From Bacillota bacterium (GTDB lineage: Bacteria > Bacillota > Sulfobacillia > Sulfobacillales > Sulfobacillaceae): a stretch of DNA of 36,836 bases. The notes under the pieces were generated by a model. The model saw nothing but the letters and a program-made list of their open reading frames with translations, had not been told where the DNA came from and searched no databases. Below, piece after piece: positions 8,363 to 17,352 of the stretch (positions within the stretch are counted from its first letter, which is position 1; each line of letters starts with the position of its first letter). The position numbers were made by a program, and so were the translations under genes. The stretch lies in contig JAMDDZ010000104.1 of NCBI GenBank assembly GCA_023488565.1, positions 1-36,836 of the forward strand, given 5' to 3'.

Positions 8363-9157
8363 ATGTTGCCGCCTGGGGCAGCCAATGCAGGATTTTTTTC
8401 GTTATGGCATCCTGAGGTCATGTTATTGGTCATCATCATTGGCGTCACCTATCGTCAAGTGGCTGGCCCCGTGCGCTCGCGCTTTGACAACGCGTCCGCG
8501 GTGCCCGCTAGGCGTCAGTGGGCCATGTATTGCAGTCTTTTCACTCTGTGTCTTGCGGTTGGCACCCCGCTGCCAATTTTAGCGGATCAATTCTTGTTAA
8601 CTGCCCACATGATCCAGTTCGTGTTGCTAGCCATGGTGCTTCCTCCGCTGTTTCTCATTGGGCTTCCCGACTGGTTGGTTGAGTCAGTGCTGAAATTATC
8701 GTATCTTAAATCGGTAATAAAATTTTTGACAAAACCCGGTGTTGCCCTAATCATGTTTACGGTGGTATTTTCCATTTTTCAGCTGCCGAACTTGTTGGAG
8801 ACCACCCTAAAATATAACGGGCTGTATATTGTGGATGAGTACCTTATGATGCTGGCGTCTATCTTCTTGTGGTGGCCCGTGTACAGTCCATCAAAAAGTA
8901 CCCCTGGAATTAGGCGTTCATTGACGTGAATCTATCTCTTTGCCATGAGCCTACCAACGCTGTTGACGTTCGCATTCATTACGTTGGCGGATCGTGCGTT
9001 TTACTCCACCTATATTGTAGGTTCCCACGCTTTGGGGATATCTGCTGTGACGGATCCGCAAGTAGGCGGTACGGATATGAAAGTATCAACCATGGTCATA
9101 TTATTAGTCGCATTTATCAAGGAGTTTTACCTTTGGGTGCAAGCGGAGCGAGCATAG
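8363..9157 (+). pseudogene. ctaG: Bacillus-type cytochrome c oxidase assembly factor CtaG interrupted by an in-frame TGA (8927..8929)
   Basis: ORFs 8363..8929 and 8945..9157 share one frame (offset 582 = 3x194). The upstream part has LLTAHMIQFVLLAMVLPPLFLIGLP and WWPV. The downstream part has ..FYSTY..GISAVTDPQVGGTDMK.., so family-like sequence continues across the stop. Confidence 0.7.
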
Positions 9158-9274
9158 GAAGCTGCCTTTTCGATACCGAATAAACAGGCTCGCAATCCAA
9201 ATTACCGGCCGCCGCATCTCACCGTGGTCAAAGGCAACAAGTACGATTAAAAAGCGAAGTCGGGAGTCAGGACG

Positions 9275-10012
9275 ATGAATCCGGAATTATTGGTCTGGGC
9301 CATGGGTGTCGGACTCTTGCAGGGCTTTTTGCACTGCTCCGGGATGTGTGGCCCTTTTGTATTAGCGTTTAGCTTATCGTTTCGCAAGGACTCCGATGGA
9401 AACCTTGTCAAAGCGTCGACCGGGCAGTTGCTCCGCTTGCACCTGTCCCATAACTTGGGGAGAATTTTGACGTTCACCGTGCTCGGAGGATTTTTCGGGG
9501 CATTGGGCTCGTTTGTCAACACAGCTTCCGACGCCACCGGAATCCAAGCTGTGGCAGGAATTGTGGGAGGTACCATGATGGTGCTGTGGGCTATTGATGA
9601 AGCAAGAACGGGACATGGCGCCGGGTTTATGGAACGTTGGTCATTAATGCGCATCGGACCGTTTCGTAACCTGTTCCGGCGCATAATGGCCAAAAAAACC
9701 CCGGGAGCCGCCTTTGCTGCAGGAATTCTTTTAGGATTTCATCCGTGCGGCTTGATTTTTGCCATGCTGGTGTCCGCTGCGGCCGCGGGTTCGGCTGTTC
9801 ATGGATCTCTGATTCTGTTGGCATTCGGCATCGGCACCGTTCCCTCCCTGCTGAGCGTCGCCGCCCTAGGGTGGTTTGGCGGATCACGTCTCAAAGGGCG
9901 TAAATTTTCCTATTTAGCGGCCACCCTCATCGCCTTCAGCGGCGTGGTTTTCATGTTGCGAGGCATGGCGGTCAATGGCTGGATTCCGGATGTGAGCCCA
10001 TGGCTGTTTTAA
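9275..10012 (+). CDS. DsbD_2 / TauE-SafE-like membrane protein (HCxxMCGP motif)
   Basis: 245 aa. LQGFLHCSGMCGPFV near the N-terminus, about 6 TM segments. The 3' end overlaps the ATPase start by 13 nt. Confidence 0.65.
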   Translation: MNPELLVWAMGVGLLQGFLHCSGMCGPFVLAFSLSFRKDSDGNLVKASTGQLLRLHLSHNLGRILTFTVLGGFFGALGSFVNTASDATGIQAVAGIVGGTMMVLWAIDEARTGHGAGFMERWSLMRIGPFRNLFRRIMAKKTPGAAFAAGILLGFHPCGLIFAMLVSAAAAGSAVHGSLILLAFGIGTVPSLLSVAALGWFGGSRLKGRKFSYLAATLIAFSGVVFMLRGMAVNGWIPDVSPWLF

Positions 10013-12459
10013 CATGCTATTTATGCGAACAACCCGTTGTTACCCCGGTTCCCGGGGATGATCACATCTTTTGTTGTCATGGATGCCGTGAATTGTGGCG
10101 TATCTTAGGCGATGAAGAAATTGCTGAGTTGAAAAGCCGCCCTGGACTTAATTGGCAGAATTTAAGAAACAGCCTCTCCCCCGAATCTCCTAAACTATCT
10201 ATGACTGCGGATCCACGCACAGTGACCCTAGACATCGACGGCATGTGGTGTGCTTCCTGTTCCATATTGGTGGAGCATGTGTTAACACAATTGCCGGGTG
10301 TCGTAGCGGCTCAAATTGATTTTGCCACCAGTACCGCCCAGGTTGCCGTCGACGCCGCAACAACCACGCCGGCAGAATTAACTCAAACCATTACCGACCT
10401 GGGTTATGGCGCCAAAGAACATAACGTCGAGGATATCGACGGGACAGACCGCGACCTTTCCCTATTAAGACGCTTTGGTGTTAGTGCCGTCTTAGCTATC
10501 TTTGTCATGATGTTTAGCGTGCCGGTGTGGTCCGGATATCTTCCCCATTTGCCTGGCGGCTTAAAAGATGTCCTGGCCTATGGATTATGGGCGTTGGCGA
10601 CCCCGGTGGTATTTTGGGGAGGATGGCCATTTCTTCGTGGCGCTTGGTCTTCCCTACGCCATGGAGTACCTACCATGGACCTGCTCATTGCAATCGGCGC
10701 CTTATCTGCCTATGGCTATAGTGCCTACACCGCTGTCTTCGGTGGCCGTTATCTTTACTTCGATACTTCAACCATGTTGATTTCATTCTTGCTGCTCAGC
10801 CGCAATTTGGAAGTCGGCACCCGCAACCGGGCGGCTGGGGTAGTGCGCATGCTGTCGCAATTGAGTGTTAAAGAGGCTACCATTTGGGAAGACGGACGAG
10901 AGCGTAAAATACCGGCCGAACAATTGATGATAGGCCAAAATGTGGTGATACGACCGGGAGAACGCATACCAGTCGACGGCATCATCGTAGCCGGCGATTC
11001 CAGTCTCGACGAGTCATTTTTGACTGGTGAATCATTGCCCGCCGATAAAGGGGCGGGGGATATGGTGTATGCGGGAACCATCAACCATTCTGGCCGAATC
11101 GTCGCGGAGGTCCGTCGCGTCGCCGCGGATACTATACTTGCGCAAACCGCGAGGTTTGTGCGCGCCGCCCAAGGGGCTCAAGGACAATGGCGTCGGCTAG
11201 CCGACAGGGTTTTAAGAATTTTTGTTCCTTTTGTCTTGGTTGTTGGCGTAATTACCTTCGTCTCGTGGTTTGTCTGGGGAGAAAGCATGTCCCACTCATA
11301 CCCTACCACACTTTCTACAGCGCTTTTGCGAACCATTGCGGTTTTTGTTATTGCCTGTCCGTGTGCATTAAGTGTCGCCACGCCGCTTGCAGTTTTAGCG
11401 GGTGCTCAAAGACTGGGGCGCTACGGAATGCTTCTGAGAAGTGATGACGCATTAGAGCGTTCTGCCCGCATTGATACCGTACTCTTGGACAAGACCGGCA
11501 CCTTAACCCTTGGACAAATGGCGGTGGCAGAAATGTGCCCCCGCTCGATAGACCTTATCCAACTGGCGGCTTCCGTGGAATTAGCTTCGGAACACCCGAT
11601 CGCCCAAGCGCTGGTGCGGTGGTCAGAAGCGCAACAAATTCCGCTGCTGACAGTGGAAAACTTCCAATCCTTGCCGGGGTTTGGGGTGCAAGGTGTTGTC
11701 AATAACCATAGAGTCAGCGTTATAGCGCTTCGCTCCAACGACGCCATCCCCGATTCCTTGAAAAATGATGCCGATCGGTTAATCGGCTCTGACCGCACAG
11801 TGGCCCAGATCGTTATCGATAACGTGACTCAAGGTATAATCGCCTTTAGTGACCAAATTCGACCGGAAGCCAAACAGGCGATTGCCGCTTTACGCGATCA
11901 CGGGTTTGCGGTGTGGATGATCACCGGGGATAATCACGGCACCGCTCAAATGGTCGCGGAACATCTGGGTATTGACCACTGGGAAAGTCAAAAAAGTCCC
12001 GTCGACAAAGCCTCGATAGTAGAGCATTTACAACAAGCAGGCCACCATGTGGCATTTGTCGGTGATGGAGTGAATGATGCGCCGGCGCTCGTGCAGGCCG
12101 ACTTAGGAATTGCTATGGGTACTGGATCCGACATTGCCGTCGAAGCGGGTCACCTAACCCTGACCCGTCCCAATGTAATAAATTTGGCAGATACCTTAAC
12201 CACGGGACGGCACGTCGCCGAAATCATTAAACAAAATCTGTGGTGGGCGCTTCTCTACAATCTCGTCGCGCTGCCTGCCGCAGCCTTTGGCTTAGCCTAC
12301 CCGTTTGTGGCGGCTTTAGCTATGCTGTTGTCGAGTGCCTTTGTACTGGGAAACTCTTTGCGAATCCTCGGATTTTCTCCCACCCGCTATGTCAAGGGAG
12401 TAGCAATGGTCGTATCCACCATTGGCGCTCTGGCTGTGCTGGCTTACCTGGGCCTGTAA
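10000..12459 (+). CDS. copper-translocating P1B-type ATPase, FixI/CcoI-like (N-terminal Cys-rich domain plus one HMA domain)
   Basis: 819 aa. N-terminal CYLCEQPV..FCCHGC, HMA motif GMWCASCS, TM CPC (IACPCAL), SEHP, DKTGTLT and GDGVNDAP. Confidence 0.95.
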   Translation: MAVLTCYLCEQPVVTPVPGDDHIFCCHGCRELWRILGDEEIAELKSRPGLNWQNLRNSLSPESPKLSMTADPRTVTLDIDGMWCASCSILVEHVLTQLPGVVAAQIDFATSTAQVAVDAATTTPAELTQTITDLGYGAKEHNVEDIDGTDRDLSLLRRFGVSAVLAIFVMMFSVPVWSGYLPHLPGGLKDVLAYGLWALATPVVFWGGWPFLRGAWSSLRHGVPTMDLLIAIGALSAYGYSAYTAVFGGRYLYFDTSTMLISFLLLSRNLEVGTRNRAAGVVRMLSQLSVKEATIWEDGRERKIPAEQLMIGQNVVIRPGERIPVDGIIVAGDSSLDESFLTGESLPADKGAGDMVYAGTINHSGRIVAEVRRVAADTILAQTARFVRAAQGAQGQWRRLADRVLRIFVPFVLVVGVITFVSWFVWGESMSHSYPTTLSTALLRTIAVFVIACPCALSVATPLAVLAGAQRLGRYGMLLRSDDALERSARIDTVLLDKTGTLTLGQMAVAEMCPRSIDLIQLAASVELASEHPIAQALVRWSEAQQIPLLTVENFQSLPGFGVQGVVNNHRVSVIALRSNDAIPDSLKNDADRLIGSDRTVAQIVIDNVTQGIIAFSDQIRPEAKQAIAALRDHGFAVWMITGDNHGTAQMVAEHLGIDHWESQKSPVDKASIVEHLQQAGHHVAFVGDGVNDAPALVQADLGIAMGTGSDIAVEAGHLTLTRPNVINLADTLTTGRHVAEIIKQNLWWALLYNLVALPAAAFGLAYPFVAALAMLLSSAFVLGNSLRILGFSPTRYVKGVAMVVSTIGALAVLAYLGL

Positions 12460-12726
12460 AAATTGCGATTTCGATTTAATGAGCTATGTTAAAATAGTCT
12501 GAATCCTAAGGAAATGGGATGTATGAACCGGATGCGAAATTCCACTGTTTGGTTGCCGCCGCAGTTCACCCCCAATTGTCACAGCCGACATCTGGTGGCT
12601 CTCGTGATCATCGGTGTAGGAACTTTGCTGATTCTCAACCAATTTGCCCGCCGAACTACCAATACCTTGCCACTGAGTCCAACGCCCCAAGGAGGCCAGG
12701 TTGTCGCCATCCACAACCCTCAACAA

Positions 12727-12822
12727 GTACCCAGTGCCTTGCTGCAATTCAAATTTGCTACCAACCAGTTAGTGCTACACCTCGCGCTCCTCACCTATAA
12801 TCTCTTGCGCGTGATCGGACAG
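12727..12822 (+). pseudogene. C-terminal remnant of a DDE transposase (IS1380/IS4-like signature)
   Basis: Within ORF 12514..12876: VPSALLQFKFATNQLVLHLALLTYNLLRVIGQ resembles the conserved P..F.AN...L.L..LAYNL.R tail of IS1380-type transposases. No catalytic domain, no upstream partner and no inverted repeats found. Confidence 0.4.
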
Positions 12823-13109
12823 GCCAGGCTCGGTGGCCGCCCAATTATATGCGCAGTTTGCCGCGGGCTAGCTTAAGCCCATCGCCGAAATTCGATAACT
12901 GGGGTTTGAGGTCATCGCCACCGTACGGCAATGTAGAGATCCTTATGTCGTGGCGGACCTCAGATCATGGCTTGGCTACCATGTGGCGCTATACCGCCGC
13001 CAAGGCGCCTCGCAGCATTTTAAGCCGACAACGGGTCTGCATTAACGTGCGGAGCACTGGTTGTCACGGATTGAGGTAAAACGGTTGGAATGGATTCCAA
13101 CAAAAATGA

Positions 13110-13138
13110 TTGACATCACGGTATAGTGTGTTTATTCT
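13110..13138 (+). promoter_or_regulatory. sigma-A-type promoter of the lacI-family regulator / sugar operon
   Basis: TTGACA (13110..13115), 17-nt spacer, TATTCT (13133..13138). Confidence 0.5.
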
Positions 13139-13144
13139 AAAAGC

Positions 13145-13166
13145 AATCGTTTACGTGTAAACGATT
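13145..13166. promoter_or_regulatory. candidate LacI-family operator
   Basis: AATCGTTTAC-GT-GTAAACGATT has perfect 10-bp inverted arms. It lies just downstream of the -10 box and 22 nt upstream of the regulator start. Confidence 0.55.
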
Positions 13167-13187
13167 TTCTCGACAGGAGGAATTTTT

Positions 13188-14231
13188 GTGGCGACTATTC
13201 GTGACGTAGCCAAGCGTGCCGGAGTATCTACCGCGACCGTGTCTCATGTCATCAACGGCACGCGTCCGGTTGCCGAACGAACGCGTGCTCACGTCTTACA
13301 AGTCATGAAGGAACTGAACTTTGTTCCCTCCGCTTTTGGACGAGGGTTGCGCACCAACAGTTTAAAGACCATCGGGTTTATTGCCGCGGATCTTACCAAT
13401 CCTTTTTTTGCCCAAGTATTTCGCGGTGTGGAAAAAAAAGCGCGAGAAGCTCACTATACCGTGATTGTCAGTCACTCTGACGAAAACGCTGAACATGAAG
13501 AGGAAGCCATTCAAAATCTCGTGGCCAAGGGGGTGGATGGCATTTTATTAGCGCCGGTGCGCACAGACCCGCAGGGTGCTGCTTTCTATTCACGCATCCC
13601 GGTTCCGCTTATGACCTACGACCGCCATCTCACTACCGGCGATATTCCGTCCGTTGTGACAAATAGTCAGGATGCAGTCCGCGAGGCCATCAGTTTCTTT
13701 CGGGAGCGAGGTCATGAGCATTTCGCTTTGATTGCAGGTAAACAAGGACTGTCGACTACTGTAGAGAGACTTCAGGGATTCGAGCAGGCCACTGAGTCGT
13801 GTGCACACTGGGTGTTTGACGGTGACTCCCGATACGATGGAGGCGTTCAGGCAGCCCACTGGCTCAGCGAATTGAAGACACGGCCTTCAGTGCTAATGGT
13901 AGGCAATAATCTGATGGCGATGGGTTTGGTCGTCACACTACAGACGCAATACCCAGCCCTTCTGGCTTCCACGGTGCTCATTGCGCTGGATGACGAACCG
14001 TGGACGACTTTTGTGCGCCCTCCGCTATCTGTTATTGTGCAGCCTACGCATGCAATAGGTGTGACTGCCGCAGATTTACTTCTGCAACGCATACACCATC
14101 ATGAAGTGCCACTCCTGACCACGTTGCCGTGTGACTTTGTCGCTCGTGTTGACCCAGTCTCTTATCGTCACCAGCTTTCCGCTCAGTCCAAAATTCAGCA
14201 TGGATTACATGAGGAGGGATTAGAACATTGA
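13188..14231 (+). CDS. LacI family transcriptional regulator
   Basis: 347 aa. N-terminal HTH MATIRDVAKRAGVSTATVSHVINGT followed by a periplasmic-binding-protein-like sugar-binding body. GTG start with GGAGG upstream. Confidence 0.9.
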   Translation: MATIRDVAKRAGVSTATVSHVINGTRPVAERTRAHVLQVMKELNFVPSAFGRGLRTNSLKTIGFIAADLTNPFFAQVFRGVEKKAREAHYTVIVSHSDENAEHEEEAIQNLVAKGVDGILLAPVRTDPQGAAFYSRIPVPLMTYDRHLTTGDIPSVVTNSQDAVREAISFFRERGHEHFALIAGKQGLSTTVERLQGFEQATESCAHWVFDGDSRYDGGVQAAHWLSELKTRPSVLMVGNNLMAMGLVVTLQTQYPALLASTVLIALDDEPWTTFVRPPLSVIVQPTHAIGVTAADLLLQRIHHHEVPLLTTLPCDFVARVDPVSYRHQLSAQSKIQHGLHEEGLEH

Positions 14232-15517
14232 CTCATCGTATGCATTGGCTCGTTCCGATGGCCCTGACCTCGGTTGGCTCTCTGATGTTGGCAGGGTGCG
14301 GAGGGGCAGCTAACGCGGCATCCACATCCGCCGCCAAAACGGTGTCATTAACTTTTGAAGAGGGTATTCAGTCCCCCGCAACTCAAACCTATCTGCAACA
14401 CCAGATCAACGCTTTCGAGAAGTCTCATCCGACAATCCACATCTCCATGCAAAATTACGGTGCGGCCGATTCAGAAATTCCTAAGCTCGAAAGCGCCGTC
14501 GCCGCACACGATCCGCCAAACTTGTTATGGATTGCGCCCGCCTATACTGGCCAGTTCGCCTCTTCAGGCGCCATCGTGCAAGCGCAGAAATACTTCAAGA
14601 ACACTGGTTTTCAAGCGTCTAGCATCTTTACCGGCTTATTAAACACCGGTGTCTACCAGGGTAAGGTTTGGACGATGCCCTTTGACGCGAACGATCTCGG
14701 CGTATACTACAACAAGACGTTATTCGCCAAAGCAGGCATTACTAGCCCACCCACCACTTGGAGTCAATTTCTGACCGATGCCAAGAAACTAACCACAAAC
14801 GGAACCTATGGATTTGAAATGCCGATTGGCAACCAGGAGTGGACCGTTTGGATCTGGGAAACACTGCTCTGGCAAGCCGGCGGCCATCTGTTGAACCCAT
14901 CGCGAACCAAAGTCACCTTCGACAGTCCTGCGGGCATTGATGCGCTGAATTATTGGGTCACGCTCATGAAAGACCATGTGGCCACGTTTGGCCCCTTAAA
15001 TGACGCTTATCAACTCGGGGATTTTCTATCCGGAAAAGTGGCGATGGCCATTAACGGGCCGTGGAACTACGCGGCATTGCAGCAACAACACAGCGTCAGT
15101 TACGGGGCGTTCCCTTTGCCCAAGGACAAAATAGCAGCCACTAATATTGGAGGAGAGAGTCTCTTTATTTTTAACACCACCCCAGCGCAGAACAAAGCGG
15201 CATTTCTCTTTGCCAAGTATGTCACGACCCCCGCATTTCAAATTGGCTATGATACCGGTAGCGGCTATTTGCCCGTATCCGTCACTGCGCAGGATTCCCC
15301 ACAATATCAGCAATACCTGAAGAACAACCCCTTTATCGACGTGTTCGCCAAAGAGATGTCCGTGGGCAAAGCACGGCCCCCTATCCCAGCCTATTCCCAA
15401 ATCTCAGCGGACATCGGCAACGCTATTGAAAATGCCCTCTATAACAAAATGTCCGCTAAGGCCGCATTGCAGCAGGCCGCCGCACAAGCCCAACAGGCGT
15501 TGGATTCTAATTCATGA
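14228..15517 (+). CDS. ABC transporter extracellular sugar-binding lipoprotein (solute-binding family 1)
   Basis: 429 aa. Lipobox LAGC. TTG start 9 nt after GAGGAGGG and overlapping the lacI-family stop. Typical carbohydrate SBP features. Confidence 0.9.
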   Translation: MTHRMHWLVPMALTSVGSLMLAGCGGAANAASTSAAKTVSLTFEEGIQSPATQTYLQHQINAFEKSHPTIHISMQNYGAADSEIPKLESAVAAHDPPNLLWIAPAYTGQFASSGAIVQAQKYFKNTGFQASSIFTGLLNTGVYQGKVWTMPFDANDLGVYYNKTLFAKAGITSPPTTWSQFLTDAKKLTTNGTYGFEMPIGNQEWTVWIWETLLWQAGGHLLNPSRTKVTFDSPAGIDALNYWVTLMKDHVATFGPLNDAYQLGDFLSGKVAMAINGPWNYAALQQQHSVSYGAFPLPKDKIAATNIGGESLFIFNTTPAQNKAAFLFAKYVTTPAFQIGYDTGSGYLPVSVTAQDSPQYQQYLKNNPFIDVFAKEMSVGKARPPIPAYSQISADIGNAIENALYNKMSAKAALQQAAAQAQQALDSNS

Positions 15518-15554
15518 ACTGGTTGACGGATGTGACAAGCTTGGGTAAGGGGGC

Positions 15555-16445
15555 TTGGAAATCGTGGTAGGCCGACGACGGTTGTGGGGGTGGGCGGCTC
15601 TGTTTCTGGCACCCGCCGTGATTCTTACCGCGGTGTTTTTTTACTATCCCATGGGGTATATCCTTTGGCTCAGTGTTCATCATTGGAACGGTTTGTCTCC
15701 AATCAAGTCTTTTACGGGATTCGCCGAATTCCACCATTTGGTCGACGAATCGATCTTTGGCTTAGTCATCCGCAACACAGTACTTTTTGTGATCGGAACC
15801 GTGATACCGAGCATTGCCATCGGGTTGGGGTTGGCCTTATTGGCCAACCGCCCTTTACCCTTGCGCAATCTGCTCCGCGGTATTAGTTTCGCCCCTTATC
15901 TGGTATCTTTTGTGTCGGCCGGCCTGGCTTGGGTGTGGATGGGCAGTTCAGGCGGGCTGTTCGACCACCTGCTGGGGGTCTTTGGAGTGCACCCGGGCAA
16001 CCTGGTTGACGATCCGTCTACCGCATTGATATATGTTATCGCCATGTATACCTGGAAAATGGCGGGCTACAACATGGTCCTGTATCTCGCGGGACTGCAG
16101 ACCATTCCCCACGAGATCTATGAGGCGGGTGCTATCGATGGACTTAAGGACGGGTGGACCCAATTTCGCACCATTACTTGGCCTATGCTCAGAAACAGTA
16201 CTTTTTTTGTGGTGATAATCAATTTGATCTTCAGCTTTCGAGCGTTCTCGGCTATTTACGTGATGACCAATGGCGGCCCCGTCAATTCGACGACGACGCT
16301 CGTGTACTATATCTGGAATCTTGCTTTTGTGCAGAATTCGTGGGGTCAGGCGGCGGCCGCTTCTACCCTATTACTTATCGTCGTGTTGGTCTTGACGGTC
16401 GGCATGGTCCGTTATTTCACCAAAGAAGCATTCCGCATCTCATAA
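15555..16445 (+). CDS. carbohydrate ABC transporter permease (MalF/UgpA-like)
   Basis: 296 aa, 6 TM, EAA-type loop (..EIYEAGAIDGLKDGWTQFRTITWPML). The in-frame GTG at 15564 is better spaced from AAGGGGG and may be the true start. Confidence 0.9.
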   Translation: MEIVVGRRRLWGWAALFLAPAVILTAVFFYYPMGYILWLSVHHWNGLSPIKSFTGFAEFHHLVDESIFGLVIRNTVLFVIGTVIPSIAIGLGLALLANRPLPLRNLLRGISFAPYLVSFVSAGLAWVWMGSSGGLFDHLLGVFGVHPGNLVDDPSTALIYVIAMYTWKMAGYNMVLYLAGLQTIPHEIYEAGAIDGLKDGWTQFRTITWPMLRNSTFFVVIINLIFSFRAFSAIYVMTNGGPVNSTTTLVYYIWNLAFVQNSWGQAAAASTLLLIVVLVLTVGMVRYFTKEAFRIS

Positions 16446-16485
16446 ACTATGCAGTAATTGGAACGATGGCAGGAGGTTCAACGCG

Positions 16486-17352
16486 ATGGTTGAAGTCACC
16501 TCGGTCTCCAAACCGGGTCCCGTTTTCTCACGGACACGCCGCGTAAAATTCTGGCGATATGTCCCCTTGATGGTGCTAGCCATTTTAGGATTTGGCTTTC
16601 CCTTTTACTGGATTATCATGGGGTCCCTTAGCTCCAACACGGCGATTTCCACCGGCTCGATCCCGCTCTTTCCGATTTCTCCCCACTGGGCTAACTACCG
16701 GAACGCCTGGCTCTATACGAATTTTGCCAGGCAAGTGCTGAACACGCTAGTAATGTCGGTGGCGGTGACCGTCGCCCAGGTCATCACCTCGTCCATGGCA
16801 GGATTCGCATTGGCCCGGATCCGGTTTCCGGGACGCCAAGCCTTGTTTGTCGGTTTCGTTGCAACGCTCATCATCCCATTTCAGGTGATTGCGTTGCCGA
16901 TTTTTGTGCTGATGGCCAACCTTCATTGGATTAATACCTTTGGCGCACTGATAGTGCCGACCGCAGTCAATGCGTTTGGTATCTTTTTATATCGCCAATT
17001 CTTCCTCACCATCCCGGAGGCGTTGGAAGAAGCGTCAATGTTGGACGGCGCCAATCCATGGCAGGTACTGTGGCGAGTATACTGGCCTCTGGCGAGGCCC
17101 GCCACGGTGACCTTGAGCTTGCTCACATTCATTGCGGAGTGGAACTCTTTCTACCTCCCGTTCCTCTTCACCGAGACCAAGACGATGTACACCGTTCAAC
17201 TGGGCCTGGTGGCTTTTCAGGGAGAGTTTGCCACCGTGTATAACCTGCTCATGGCGGCCACCGTCTTTATCAGCATTCCGGTGTTCATTCTGTACTTGCT
17301 GGGTCAGCGAGCCATCGTTGAAGGCATTGCGACGACCGGAACCAAAGGCTAA
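16486..17352 (+). CDS. carbohydrate ABC transporter permease (MalG/UgpE-like)
   Basis: 288 aa. EAA loop (..EALEEASMLDGANPWQVLWRVYWPLARP). AGGAGG 9 nt upstream. Confidence 0.9.
   Translation: MVEVTSVSKPGPVFSRTRRVKFWRYVPLMVLAILGFGFPFYWIIMGSLSSNTAISTGSIPLFPISPHWANYRNAWLYTNFARQVLNTLVMSVAVTVAQVITSSMAGFALARIRFPGRQALFVGFVATLIIPFQVIALPIFVLMANLHWINTFGALIVPTAVNAFGIFLYRQFFLTIPEALEEASMLDGANPWQVLWRVYWPLARPATVTLSLLTFIAEWNSFYLPFLFTETKTMYTVQLGLVAFQGEFATVYNLLMAATVFISIPVFILYLLGQRAIVEGIATTGTKG

Noticed and set aside
12849-13079. A 76-aa ORF and surrounding sequence downstream of the transposase remnant, examined as a possible continuation of the IS or as a small gene.
   Set aside because: No SD sequence, no recognisable motif and no terminal inverted repeat were found. 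It is treated as non-coding debris of the insertion scar.
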